From Epithemia pelagica (taxonomy: Eukaryota > Protista > Bacillariophyta): 64,000 nucleotides of DNA. The notes beneath the pieces are model-generated. The model had not been told where the DNA came from, did no database searches, and saw nothing but the letters and a program-made list of their open reading frames with translations. Of the stretch, positions 11,240 to 22,848 are shown one piece after another. The first letter of the stretch is position 1; each line of letters starts with the position of its first letter. The translations under genes were made by a program, and so were the position numbers. Where the stretch lies: the NCBI GenBank assembly GCA_946965045.2, contig OX337237.1, forward strand, positions 1,240,001 to 1,304,000, read 5' to 3'.

Positions 11240-12323
11240 TGAGAAAAGCTACGGGAATGAACAACGGTAGTTTAAGAAAGCTTTCAGCGCTCGCTACTGC
11301 GCTAGATCACGTGTTACGTAGGAGTAGAAATGATTCTCCACTTTCCAAAACATGACGAATAATGCTCTCGGAAGTGTATCATCAACAAAACTGAGTTCAA
11401 AGGACAGATCTGTAGCTCCTAAGAAAGCAAATTCAAGAATGCATTAGAAATTAGAAGCGTTGCTCACGCAAACTGTCACTCATTCTACAGCTATTCCTAG
11501 GCTAAGAGCTAGAGAGGCAACGATGGGCAGAGCAACATAGTTCTACTTGCCCAAATCCACCCGTATCGGGGGCGGTTACGCTTAACGCCTACTCCGCTCC
11601 GAAACGCCCCCTCTATAAAGGGGGTGCCCCCTTATCTCAAATTTGTCCAGTGTGACAACCAAGATTTCGGGGAAGCAAGAGGCACGACCCAGTTTGGGGC
11701 TCGGCTCGCACGCGGACGCGCTCGGCGTCTGATTGTGAACGTCGATGTTGTCGTGTGAAAAGTGAACAAGAAAGACAAAATTTTCTCCCAATCGCGAATA
11801 CTATTGCGACGGCATCTCCAACCTCGAAAACGGTCCTTCTTTTCATTCTCTCGTTTGATTGACGACTCCGAATAATAAACCTTGCTCCATTTCATCTTAG
11901 GGAAACCAAATCTAACTTTCACTTGACGCCTTAAGCAACATCCACTTTACCCTGGAAAACGAAGTGACTGTAAGTCGAAGACGCGGCATGACGCTTCCTG
12001 CAATGCTTCAATTTGACGGTGTTCTCTTCATGGTGCGCCCCATTCGCGAACCTGTCACAGTCACACATTGTTGTGTCAAACGAAGAACCCATCGATCGAC
12101 TTCGATTGCCGGAGTTCCCTTTCTGATCAGGGCAAACATGAGTACTCCCCATAAAGATGATATCGCCTTGCTTGCTGTCATTGTTGGTTTCCGTCATCAA
12201 TTTTGCTCACAAAACTGGTCCTCTTTGTGTCTATATGTAGGTATATTCACATTAACATCACTTTGCAGAGAAGACGATTGCATCCTGATCCTATCTTTCT
12301 AGAATTGAAAACTGGTCACAATT

Positions 12324-14546
12324 ATGTCGACTGACTCTGAAATATTTGTGGACACCTCAGGTGAGGCGTTTCAGGCTAAGTTCGAGCCGGTGAGTGCTTG
12401 TGATTCATGACTTTGCGGTACCAACAGGAGGAGCGAAGTTCCCTGTTCCCATCTCACTTTTTTTCTTTCCTATTCAATTTCCATGTGATACTAAAACCAA
12501 ACTGTGGTGTATAGGAACCCTCAATGGAACGATACGAAAAGTACATGATAAGGTTTGGGCACTCGGACAATCTGACCGCCCTATTCGAAGACGGCGTTGG
12601 TCAACAAGAGGCAGAAGACTATGTTATGGGTCTTATTTTCGTCGGGGCCATCATCCTGGGTTTCTTTGTTCTCTGGGGAATTTTCTTGATGATCTTTATG
12701 TGCATCGGGCATCGGGTCGGCTACTTGTCTGGTGCACCTTTTCTGAGGGCCAACGATGAATACCACAAAGATGTAGACTTAGATGAAGACCATCATGACT
12801 TACACCTCGATGAAGCCAACGGTTCTGTTGCCAATCCGTCTAGTCGATACAATGCCGACTATGGCATCGGTGCACCTGTGTCGATATATCCTACTGGGCC
12901 AACGCAAACTGGAGAACCTGAAGTTGTGCCTCTACGTAATGGAGACGGCTGGAAATCCAAACCTTCTATCTTTCGTATCATTTTCATCGTCTCTGGAGTT
13001 ATATGCATTGCGTTTGGACTACTTCTTGTAACTCAGGGAGTTACCAATCTTCAAACAACCATCAATACTGTGGATGCTCGTGCAACCGATTTGAATCGAT
13101 TGGCCAGCAGTACCGTAGTAGTAATTCGGCGTGGAATGCGTGATCTGACGGCGACAGCTCAAACACTTCGTACTATCATTGTGAATGACATGGGGGATGA
13201 TGCCGACTTTTGTCCAGCGGATCCTGAACTCTCATTGACGGACACGGGACGTGAAGTAAAAGAAACCAAAGATGATGTAATCAATGTGTTGGAAAGCCTT
13301 GGCGACTTCCAAGACGCCCTCTTGGCTCAGCTGGAAGACGCCATGGACGTGATTGTCGATGGAACGGACGAGGTTCTTAATGAATCTGATCAGTTTGAGC
13401 TGAATGGCTGGGAATCACTGATTGTCGTTATCCCCTACACCGTTTTCCCATCCCTTATGATTGTTGCTGCACTTTTGGCTCTGTTCGATGTGTCATCAAA
13501 CACATACAGCTGTGTCATTAATTGGTTTGTTCTACCAGTCTTTGTTCTCATGACCGTTGTGGCATTTGTTTTTGCTGGGTCGATGTCGATTGCCGCTGGT
13601 GTAAATACAGATTTTTGTCTTCCTGGCGGCCGCACTGACAGCTCTCCAGATTCATCTCTCTTATCGATTATGGAAGCACGGGATTTCAACCGAGATTCGA
13701 TTGAATACAAAGTGGCGAACTTTTACATCTCCCAGTGCGCGAATGGAGTGGAAGATCCTTGGCTTGAAGTACGGGAATACGAGCCACAGTTGGTACGTCA
13801 ACGAGCAACATGCGAACATAGAGGAACACGGAATCAGCACTGACTTCTTTTCTCGTGATGTGACACAGGGCGACACCTTTCGCTCCATGCAAAAGCTTAT
13901 AGCAAATCTTACCGATGCCGAAGTGATTGATGAATTGGCCGTCTATTGCAATCGTGATTTCGATATTCTCGAGCCTCTCCTTCGTTCAATGATTGACACA
14001 GTAGAAATCCTGACCAATTCCCTCATCGTTTTACTAGATCTATCGAGATGTGGCCGACTCATCCCTCTCTACACGGATACCGTGTACAAGGCTGGGTGTA
14101 AGAATTGGACGCTAGATGTCTGATAAAAGTGCATGACCAATATTCTTCTAACGCATCTTCTTTTGTTTCTCGTTTTCTCAGGTGAATATTCTGCAAGGGC
14201 GGTGTTCTGGGTGTTTTCCTGCTGTTTGATCTTAGGATTTTTTGGAATGTTAATGATCACTCTGCGGTCGTCCATGAAAATGTCTGTAGTGGAGTCCAAC
14301 TACATTGGACACTTCCTTCGGACCGAATCTCTGTCTATGCGACATCAACAAGACGAAGGTGACGATGACCCTAGTGAGATTAGAGAAGTGGATGCCCAGT
14401 CGACTTCCCGACATTCGGGTGTGATATCTACCAACTCGGGTGCGATATCTACTTCCAAGGAAAACCAGTTCCAGGATCATACATCGGTAACATCATTCTC
14501 CTACAGTGTCAACGAAGTGGGTGTGGCGAGATCGGGGGCTGACTGA
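12324..14546 (+). CDS. Multi-pass membrane protein (about 5 TM helices, Tweety/prominin-like topology), 4 exons
   Basis: Exons are 12324-12389, 12515-13792, 13869-14097 and 14182-14546. All three GT-AG introns restore the frame. Hydrophobic helices alternate with two long helical, Cys-containing extracellular loops. The family name rests on topology only. Confidence 0.7.
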
Positions 14547-14897
14547 AGTTGACGAGTACGCTGAAGCTTCGTCGTCCTTGTTGGACAAAGTTTGAGTCGA
14601 CTAGTGAAGAAACTGATTCGTTTTACATAATGGCGATGAATTTGTTAATCTTTTGCCGTGTCTGTTTTGGTTTCATACAATAGGAGCAGTTCGTTCCGTG
14701 ATGCGTGATAGAGGAGCAAGTCAACTACGTAGCTTTCTTATAATGAGAGGTAGCAAGGAGCTCCACTATCGAGCGATTCAATATTTCGAGAGAATAAAAC
14801 TTTCAGTACAAAACTCTCTCGCCACGGGTCAGAAGGAGTCCGTTCTCTACCGACACGTGTCATTGACTGCTGACATCTTTGCCATAATTCGACGACA

Positions 14898-15724
14898 ATG
14901 ACCGAAGTGCCGAACACAACAGCCACCAATATGTTGCGATTCTTCCTCCTTCTAGTGTTGTTCTCTTGCGTCAAAGCTAAGCAAGGTGAGGCTCATGAAT
15001 GAGGTATTTCGTTCGAGAATATTATGGGTGTTGTTTCCTCTCCATCTCGCAAGTCCAGTGTTTATAGTCATGTTCTCACAGTCCGTGATCATGCGATACG
15101 TAACTCTCAGACGATGATCACATGGCTATTACATGTGGATCGTCCATCAAAATCCAATCGAAGGACAATGGTTACTATCTCTCTTCGGAAGAGAAGCAAC
15201 TGGGTGGTGGATCCGGTCAGCAAATTGTCACTTTTCAAAAGAACCCTGGCACTCAGGCCACCATGTGGGTAGTAAGACCAGCGAATCATAAAGACGAAAT
15301 GGAATACCCCAAAGATGAAGCGTCATGTGGACTTGCCAAACCTATCCCGTGTAATACTGCAATTCGCCTAACACACATGCAAACCCGTAGAAACCTGCAC
15401 AGTCATGGGGTCAAGAGTCCCATGTCAAAGCAACAAGAGGTTTCGGGCTACGGGCAAGGTGATGGCCGTGGTGACGGAGGTGATGATTGGATTGTGCGCT
15501 GCATTGCACCCAATGCCAAGTATTGGAAGCGGGATGAACCATTCCATTTGTTTCACCGGGACACGTCCAAATTCTTGGGTACAGCAAAGACTCTCGAATT
15601 TAACCAACAAACTTGCGGAAACAACTGCCCTATCATGGGTCATTTGGAAGCATTTGGCCGGGGAACCAATGACAAACATACAGTGATGACGGTGACTCAG
15701 GGGGTGCACATCACCCCGTCGTAA
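14898..15724 (+). CDS. SDF2: Stromal cell-derived factor 2-like ER protein (MIR domains), 2 exons
   Basis: A signal-peptide exon (14898-14985, MLRFFLLLVLFSCVKA) and a phase-1 intron (14986-15110) precede AITCGSSIKI..LSS..GGGSGQQIVT..IRLTHMQTRRNLHSH..SPMSKQQEVSGYG..DGGDDW, which are typical SDF2 motifs. Confidence 0.9.
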
Positions 15725-15780
15725 ACGGTAGTACGTATGTCATACCAAAAAGATGATTTCCACCGGTCTTCCTACTCGCC

Positions 15781-16321
15781 TCACATTGTAGTATGATGGA
15801 TGTAGGTTTTTTTGATTATTGAGGCCTGTTTTACCGTGTTCTCGATGTGATGATATGTTGCCTTCGGGCTGTATTTCATCCGATGGTCCTCTATGACTTC
15901 CACTGTGCTGCTTCTAAAGAGCTGACAATGTATTCCACAGCCATGTGAATCCACTCTTCCCATTCCTTGTCTGAGACTCAAGAACATATCTAGGTAGTCC
16001 ATTCCTATGAAAGACCTTCGTAGTATCTCATTGCCCAAAGCACGTTTCCGTGCCTTATTCCAAGTAGGATCTGTCGAACTTGTTGTGTTCGTTTCCTTCC
16101 CCATCTGAGTAACCATTCATATGAACCATGGCTGCTTTCGGCACATTTTCAACAAGCTTTGTACCCCATCCCCGTGCTAGCGCCCAAAAAGGCGGCTCTC
16201 TACAAATTCCACCGTTGGGGACGATACAGCGAACATTGGAGAGTCTCTGATCATCAATCTCATCTTTACTAGCCCAGATATGTTCGAATACGCCTCTAAC
16301 TGTGCCGCGTGAAGAGGCCAA
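15781..16321 (-). CDS. Possible small hypothetical gene or gene remnant (two overlapping minus-strand ORFs)
   Basis: ORFs 16055-16321 (TTG start) and 15781-16116 look protein-like and overlap in different frames. I recognise no domain. Confidence 0.2.
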
Positions 16322-19283
16322 TCCCCTAACCGCCCCCTCTACTACCCTCTACCATTTGCCACAGACCACCCTCACTATGTGCATCTCATCTTTGGCCAAT
16401 AGGAGTAGAAGTTAATTTGCCTCACAACAACCCTAAGGAATTTTTCAATTGCATACATGCATGTACATTCTAAGCATTCCACTGGACGGCAATCAAAAGT
16501 ACCGTGCAGATTACAGCAGATTGCCTGTCCCCATTTCCAGTTGGGGTCTATAATGTCTTGTCTACCTACAACTAGAAAAGATCATTCTATTCGCACACCA
16601 ACAAAAGGCAATGAGAATGAGAATGAGCCATATTCCACACCCAAGCACTTGGTTCGCCATTGCGCCCTACCGAAAACACCATATGAATATCCCATATCGT
16701 ATTAGTTGTTCCAAGCTTCAAGCCCAAAGCTTGTCGTTGTCCGTCAGTCTCCTGTCTCCGTCTCCTGTCCCTGTTTTCTTTCCCCCTATTCTCTTTATTG
16801 TCTCCATAATATTACTCCTATCCCTATTCCCTATATCTACTCCTATATCCCGAATCCCGAACACTCATCCATACTCGTAGCTCGTAGTAGACTAGGTAGC
16901 GATTCCCAGTTCTCCGAGTATTTACTATTGCCTATTGCCTTTTTAGCCATTGGAAGTTGCGAGTTGCGCTTTCCCTTCGCGATTTGCGAATTATGAATCT
17001 CTACAGTCTGACCCGGTGGTCTCGAGTGTCTCGTGCGACCTTCGTACTATCTCCAATTACGGTCTTTCCTCTCTAATTATTAGGAGTAGTAGATTGTTTG
17101 TTATTGGTCGATTTTTCTGCATTATTTGGGGTTTCGCATTCCTCAAATCGAACCGATTCTGTTTCTGCTTTTTCCAAGGGACTCTAGTACTAGACTCTCT
17201 CTAGACAAGGATAGCTCGTAGGGAGTGAAGACTCCTAGGAGTAGCTAGAGACTAGAGAACCTTTCTACTTCCACTCCTCGTACATAAGGTAGTCGGACTA
17301 GCTAGAGGTAGAGACGATTTGCTATAGATAGAGAAAGAGGAGTGGACTGTGTCTCTCTAGAGAGAGCTAGCGAGCTAGTAGATAGCTACTCCTTGTAATA
17401 GCAGCTCTCTCTACTCTCTACTACTCCCACTCCTATCTCTCTGTCCTCGATCTCTTAGACACCTTGGGGAGCATGGAGTTCACCAAAGGTTAACTCTGAG
17501 GGTCTGAGGGTCATGTAACTTGCTAGATGTAGACCTAAGACTCTACTAGAGACTACTTGATAAGCGTGGATACATGCGGACCACAACACACTACTTTCTC
17601 TTGTTTCTTTCTGGTATTATTCTTATTTAACTCCAGTGACTACGAGATACGAGTGAGCTGTAGAGTGTAGAGTGTAGAGATGAGGAGGGAGTATGAGGTA
17701 TGAGGTCTTTACTCTTTACCGACTTATTCTTATTCCTTTTCCCTTTTCCCCTCTCGGTCTCGGTCACTTACGTAGTTGACCTTGCGTTGAGCATCTCACA
17801 TACATCTCACAGCTCACAGTGCACCTTCACAGTACCCGAGCGAGTAGGAGCGGCAGTGGCAGTACCTCAATCGTACTCGTACAACACAACAGGCAATGAC
17901 AGTTGACATTTTATCTGGATGTCCGAAGTCTGAGGAGTGGGAAGTGGCCGTCATTTGAGCCAGTCATTTTCAATGTCGTCAAAGACTTAGCGTGCAGAAA
18001 GAAATATCATTGATCATTGTTGTGCGAAAATCAACGTAGACCTGATAGAGAGCAACGAAAGTGGGGAAGGTGACGAACAGCACCTAAGAACCTCGTCGTT
18101 GCACTGCTATGGGTCCCAACGCCGTGCTTTATACGTGAAATTTCAACCGCTACACAAGAGCGAAAGAGCACAACTCTTCAACTAATTCGACCATGGCGGA
18201 CTTTTCTGGACGATTTTCATCTCTCCATTTCTATTAGATCGGTAGATCTAGGTTAGTCACTAGTGCTAGGGACTCGGTTCGCGCGATGGTGTTGTTTTGG
18301 TTGTTGCGCGCTCCTTGCGCTCTCGTTGCGCTTTTGTTGCGCTCTTTTCGCCATCTTTGTACAAATCCAAATATGCAATAGGGCGACTCTTTTGTCTTTC
18401 ATGGCATCCACAAACTGGGTCCAACAGTCTTCTCCTTCATGGTCAAGATGGGCTTGACCATTAAACTACAGACTCCGCGATCATGCCGTGGAAGGAGACG
18501 TACCTTCACCTCCATGACGGACGACGCATCGGCACCCAAACACAAACTTGGCAAACTCAGCAAACACCATCCGAGTCACTCCATCTCCGGAACTCGCCAC
18601 TATCTCCTCCAAAGGCACTAGCCGAGAACACTTTGCACTGTCCAAGGGATGCATGCTGGTTTCACCGCAGTGGTGGTGGTATTTGTGCGTGGTTTGATGC
18701 CGGCTGTCATGATGCGTTGGTTTCGTTTGGTTGGCTTCGAATTGCTCTAGACGATGGATCCAATACAACGCTCTACTATGGTTGGATTGGATTGGATGCA
18801 ACTCGTTGCGTTTTCACTGGAACTTGACTTGCGCTTTTGGTTCACACTGCTATTGTGTCTCCCAAAAAATGAAGATTTCGTCCACTCCACCTCCACTTGC
18901 AGAAAGACAACGATGCTCTTCTCGAATGGGGGTGAAACCACAAAATCAAGAATTTGGACAAGAAAGTGAAGGATCAGCGAGATGCGTATTGACAGGACCA
19001 CCATGACCATTCGTCCTCCCCTGTCTTGTCCTTGTCATGCGACCGACATTGGACCGAAGGGAACGGACTGCGAGAAAGAAATGCTTCGAATGGAACGCAA
19101 ACTATTGGATCTTGACTCAGATCTCATTCGAGGGAGCGGCATGACATCCAGTTGGTTGTATAAATACAACCGAGGTTTTTGACCAACAAAGTGAGTAGCT
19201 CATTTTTTTCCAATCGGCCCTCTCTTGTCCTTTTCTCGCCTTCTCTCTCAGTTTGATTCAATATGAATAGTGGATTATCGTCC

Positions 19284-19432
19284 GACAGCTCCCAATGCCT
19301 TGGCAGTCCGTATGCAAGCCGTGAGCCCCTAGGCATTATCGTTGCACAATCCCCAGCCACGAATCTTGCCTTGGTGCTGAATCAGTTTCTCCATGGACAT
19401 GCACAAATCTTCGAAGGATTTAGGTCCACCCA
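19284..19432 (-). pseudogene. Aldo-keto reductase (Tas-like) gene fragment
   Basis: The minus strand reads GGPKSFEDLCMSMEKLIQHQGKIRGWGLCNDNA*GLTACIRTAKALGAV. This matches the AKR segment [F]EE...M.KL...GKIR.WG..N.NAYG, with an in-frame TAG at the Y. No downstream AKR motifs are visible. Confidence 0.5.
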
Positions 19433-19695
19433 TGTTGCTGTTCCAGTCGGCTTGGTGGAGCCCAAGTTAGCAGCTTCCTCGGCCTTGCGAACGTTGAAAT
19501 CCAATGATTATCGATATTTTGTGGCAGGTGGTACCTGCGGTTTCTCCATGGACATGCACAAATCTTCGAAGGATTTAGGTCCACCCATGTTGCTGTTCCA
19601 GTCGGCTTGGTGGAGCCCAAGTTAGCAGCTTCCTCGGCCTTGCGAACGTTGAAATCCAATGATTATCGATATTTTGTGGCAGGTGGTACCTGCGG
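19386..19695. repeat. Perfect 155-bp tandem duplication
   Basis: 19386-19540 and 19541-19695 are identical base for base, with a GT microhomology at the junction. Confidence 0.97.
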
Positions 19696-20432
19696 TGGAC
19701 AATCTCCATACTTTTGCTCGTCATCATCCTCTCTCTCCGTTGCTGATTCACTAGAGGTTGAGCCAGGAGCAACAAGACAGAACAAGAGGAGAGTCGTTGC
19801 AGTCGCCAAGGATCAAAATAGTCATTTTCCATTGCTGATAGTGATTTGGGTGGTCGTCCAAGCCGTTGACGCTTTCTCTTTTCTGATCGTTCATGCTCTC
19901 GTTCACTTTCTTGGTTGTGGCTCTTGCTATTGTCATTCAATTGTGAATGCTTTTCATTCACTGCGCGTGGTATCAGGTTGGATTGATACAGTAAACCACA
20001 AATTTCATCAGCCACGGAATCAGAATCCAGTGGATCATCAAACCACTGTCCGAATGCCAGTTGAATGGCAGGAAACTCATGTTCTTGGAAAGCAAGGGAG
20101 GCTGAAGTTGATTTTTTTTCTGTCCAGTCTTTCCAACCTTCTTGCCGTCGCTGTATTGTTGAAGCGTCCTTTAAGCGAGCACCTTTTCCACCTTGAATGG
20201 CACACACGAGTTTGTTTTGAGATGCCATTGTCATCTTCCGTCCATCTGTAGTTGACTTGTCCCCAATAAGGAAGTAACGTGGCCGACTTTCAATTTCACC
20301 TCCATTTGATTCGAATGTTTGAACAGCACCATAGGCTTGCTGTTGATAATAGAAGGATGGATATCTTGTGGATGCATGACGTAGTACTGCTACCAGCTGA
20401 TCTCGTCCTGTCCAGTTGTTGTGGTCTTCCAA
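19575..20432 (-). pseudogene. 285-codon ORF of unknown function, probably a degraded or chimeric gene remnant
   Basis: The ORF is long and protein-like, but an alternative frame near 19700-19800 also looks coding (APGSTSSESATEREDDDEQKYG). The 3' end runs into the tandem duplication. Confidence 0.3.
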
Positions 20433-21081
20433 GCCAATTTCATTGACCAGAGCGAGCTCATGCCACCACCATTTTGAGTTGATTGTATGTAGTCGATTTA
20501 CCGCTGACTTTAGCGAAGCGGACGACGAAAATCCAGGCTGGGTAGGACGGGCATGGTGGACCTCTTCTCACGGTAAGAGCAATGACGAGGGACCTTTTAC
20601 GATCAGGCTTTGTGACAGAAGGACAAGGAGTTTTTCTTATCCCTCGTAGCAATCAACCAAATGGAACAAATAGAATGGATATCTGCGAGGGATAAGAAAA
20701 CAAAGATAGTTACGACCCAAAACAGATTGACGGAAGGTAGGCCATGGTGAAGCCACGATACACCGCGACAAACTTGATGCCGAACGTGACGTCATGTACT
20801 AGAAAAATTTACGTAGGCTCTACTGCGTTGGGACCCACAACTGCGCTCTCTTGGGACACTTGTGCATTCGTGCACCAAAATTTCCAAACTGGTACGCCCA
20901 ACGACTCGCTCGCCTAAAAAAGTCTACAGTGCACTCGACTTTCTGGTATGCAAGTCATACGACACAGTGCCACATCGTGGCGCAACCTCAATCACACAAC
21001 AAAGCCAAAGAGGAGACCTGCGTTTCATATACCATCGCTTCTTTCTTATCTTGGAAGAATTTAGAACTTGAGTTAAACAAA

Positions 21082-22143
21082 ATGGTGGAAGCTATCGTAC
21101 TACCGCGCTCTCAGAAGAGGAAGAGACTGAGTGTACCCTCAGACTGCTGCGTCAAACGGAGAAGCGGTAGACCTGAAAAGACAGTCCGATTCAATCCAGA
21201 TATCACGAAATGGAACGTCGGTAGCTTATTTGACGGTATGGACCCCGCAGAAGAAAGAGAACTACGATCCGATCTCTGGTATACGGTAAGTCATTTCATG
21301 ATGATGTGCTTCTACGACGTGGAATCAGTGGAAAGGTCTCATATTCGCCATCCGTTGGATTTACAGCTTTATGATTTCGATCGCTTTACGGAAGACCGGG
21401 TGCGAACGATGCGTGTATGGCATGCAGTAGGGGGAGATATTCACTATATGGAACCAACTTACTGTTTACGGGGGCTGGAAAACTTGCAACCTTCATCCAT
21501 CACTGGTGATATACAAGTTCTGCGTTCACAGCACCAGCGTGCTGTTCTTAGCGAACAGGAACGGCAAAGGGCTTCCTCCTCGAGTACCATGCAACCTGTC
21601 GACAGTGACTATTTGGCGCAGGTCTCACTACATCACTCTTCTTGGTCGGCAGATCGCGCTGTAAGGTTTGCCGTGAAGGATTCTGTGGATGTGGCCGCTT
21701 TTGCGATGGATCCAACCTCGGAGTTTGCTGATGTCAGGAATCACCTTTCAATGACACGGCCAGGGATAAAGATGCGTTGCTATCCATCGCTGTACTCCAA
21801 GTTCTCGCCTCCAATGAATCCATGTCACCCGTCCCTATCTTTGAAACAATTGATGCCCAAACTCTCTTCTTCACATGCGTCTTCTGCTGCCTCTAGAGAA
21901 TCTCTGGCCAAGTTTCAAACAGGCCTTGCGCATCCAATGAGAAATAGCTGTGAACGAAATTCTGTGGATGTCCCAATGTTGAAGCAACTCAACAAGCAGT
22001 TCCTTCGCGGCTTTGTTCACACGGGGGGTCCTTCATTTACTGGTGGATCACAATCTTTTGGATCATATCCGTCATCTTCGTTGGGGACTCTTGACTTGCT
22101 CAATGAAGCGTTGAACGCGACTGCAGACGATGTCCCCGCGTAG
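21082..22143 (+). CDS. Hypothetical protein of a diatom-expanded family (K.VRF...WY...C.RGLE...AVL.EQ.RQ...A...A..D signature), with one in-frame intron at 21286-21366
   Basis: Motifs KTVRF, DLWY, YCLRGLE, RAVLSEQERQR, DYLAQVS and SADRAVRFAVKD are present. An 81-nt GTAAGT...TTACAG intron follows WYT. First plausible ATG is 21082. Confidence 0.7.
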   Translation: MVEAIVLPRSQKRKRLSVPSDCCVKRRSGRPEKTVRFNPDITKWNVGSLFDGMDPAEERELRSDLWYTVSHFMMMCFYDVESVERSHIRHPLDLQLYDFDRFTEDRVRTMRVWHAVGGDIHYMEPTYCLRGLENLQPSSITGDIQVLRSQHQRAVLSEQERQRASSSSTMQPVDSDYLAQVSLHHSSWSADRAVRFAVKDSVDVAAFAMDPTSEFADVRNHLSMTRPGIKMRCYPSLYSKFSPPMNPCHPSLSLKQLMPKLSSSHASSAASRESLAKFQTGLAHPMRNSCERNSVDVPMLKQLNKQFLRGFVHTGGPSFTGGSQSFGSYPSSSLGTLDLLNEALNATADDVPA

Positions 22144-22848
22144 AGGTAGAGTAATGGATCCACCTGGTCTCTGATGACAGGAAGTAGCTACCGTGACAGA
22201 AATAACAGTATATTACATTTGTACTTAGTTCGCTAAACCATGAGATTCAATCAATCAGGTCGATTAGGAAGAGATGTAGAACGACGTACGAGCATCAGAT
22301 CGTTGTAGCAGGAAAGATAGAAGCGGTAAGATTGTACTTGGATTGGAAACGCCTTGGTTGTACAGTCGTCATGGATGAGTCAAGATAAGAAGTTAGTAAG
22401 GAAGCCTGAGAGAATCAATCATCGTTTGATTCGAAACTAGATTCTCATGGACATCATTGATACTCCTAGGAGTAGTTTGAAGGTCTACGTGACCAAAGCT
22501 AGCGTTTCTGGTAGTACTGGTAAGACTCACTATGACTGTGATTGTTATGGGTAGTCTTGACATTTCTCTACGACAAACTGGGGAAAGCATCCGAGACATT
22601 TTGAGGTCTCAATTCTATAACGACTGCGGGCAACCGTCCGATCCGAACCACCGAAGTAATGTGTCTCAAGTCTCAAGACTCAAGAGCAAAAGAAATAATG
22701 ATTTCGAATCTATCCGGGTCACTGCCGTCCGGTCATTGACTGGTCGGGCAGGGCACAACGTTTCATGTCCTATGAGTTTCGTGTCAACCGAAAAGAGACA
22801 ATGCTTTCATGTGAGCCTTGACAACCCCTGGTATGATCCATGATGATT

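Noticed and set aside
11560-11640. GC-rich hairpins (GGGGGCG/CGCCCCC) and AAGGGGG-TG resembling a polypurine tract and LTR start
   Set aside because: No second LTR copy, primer-binding site or retroelement ORF nearby.
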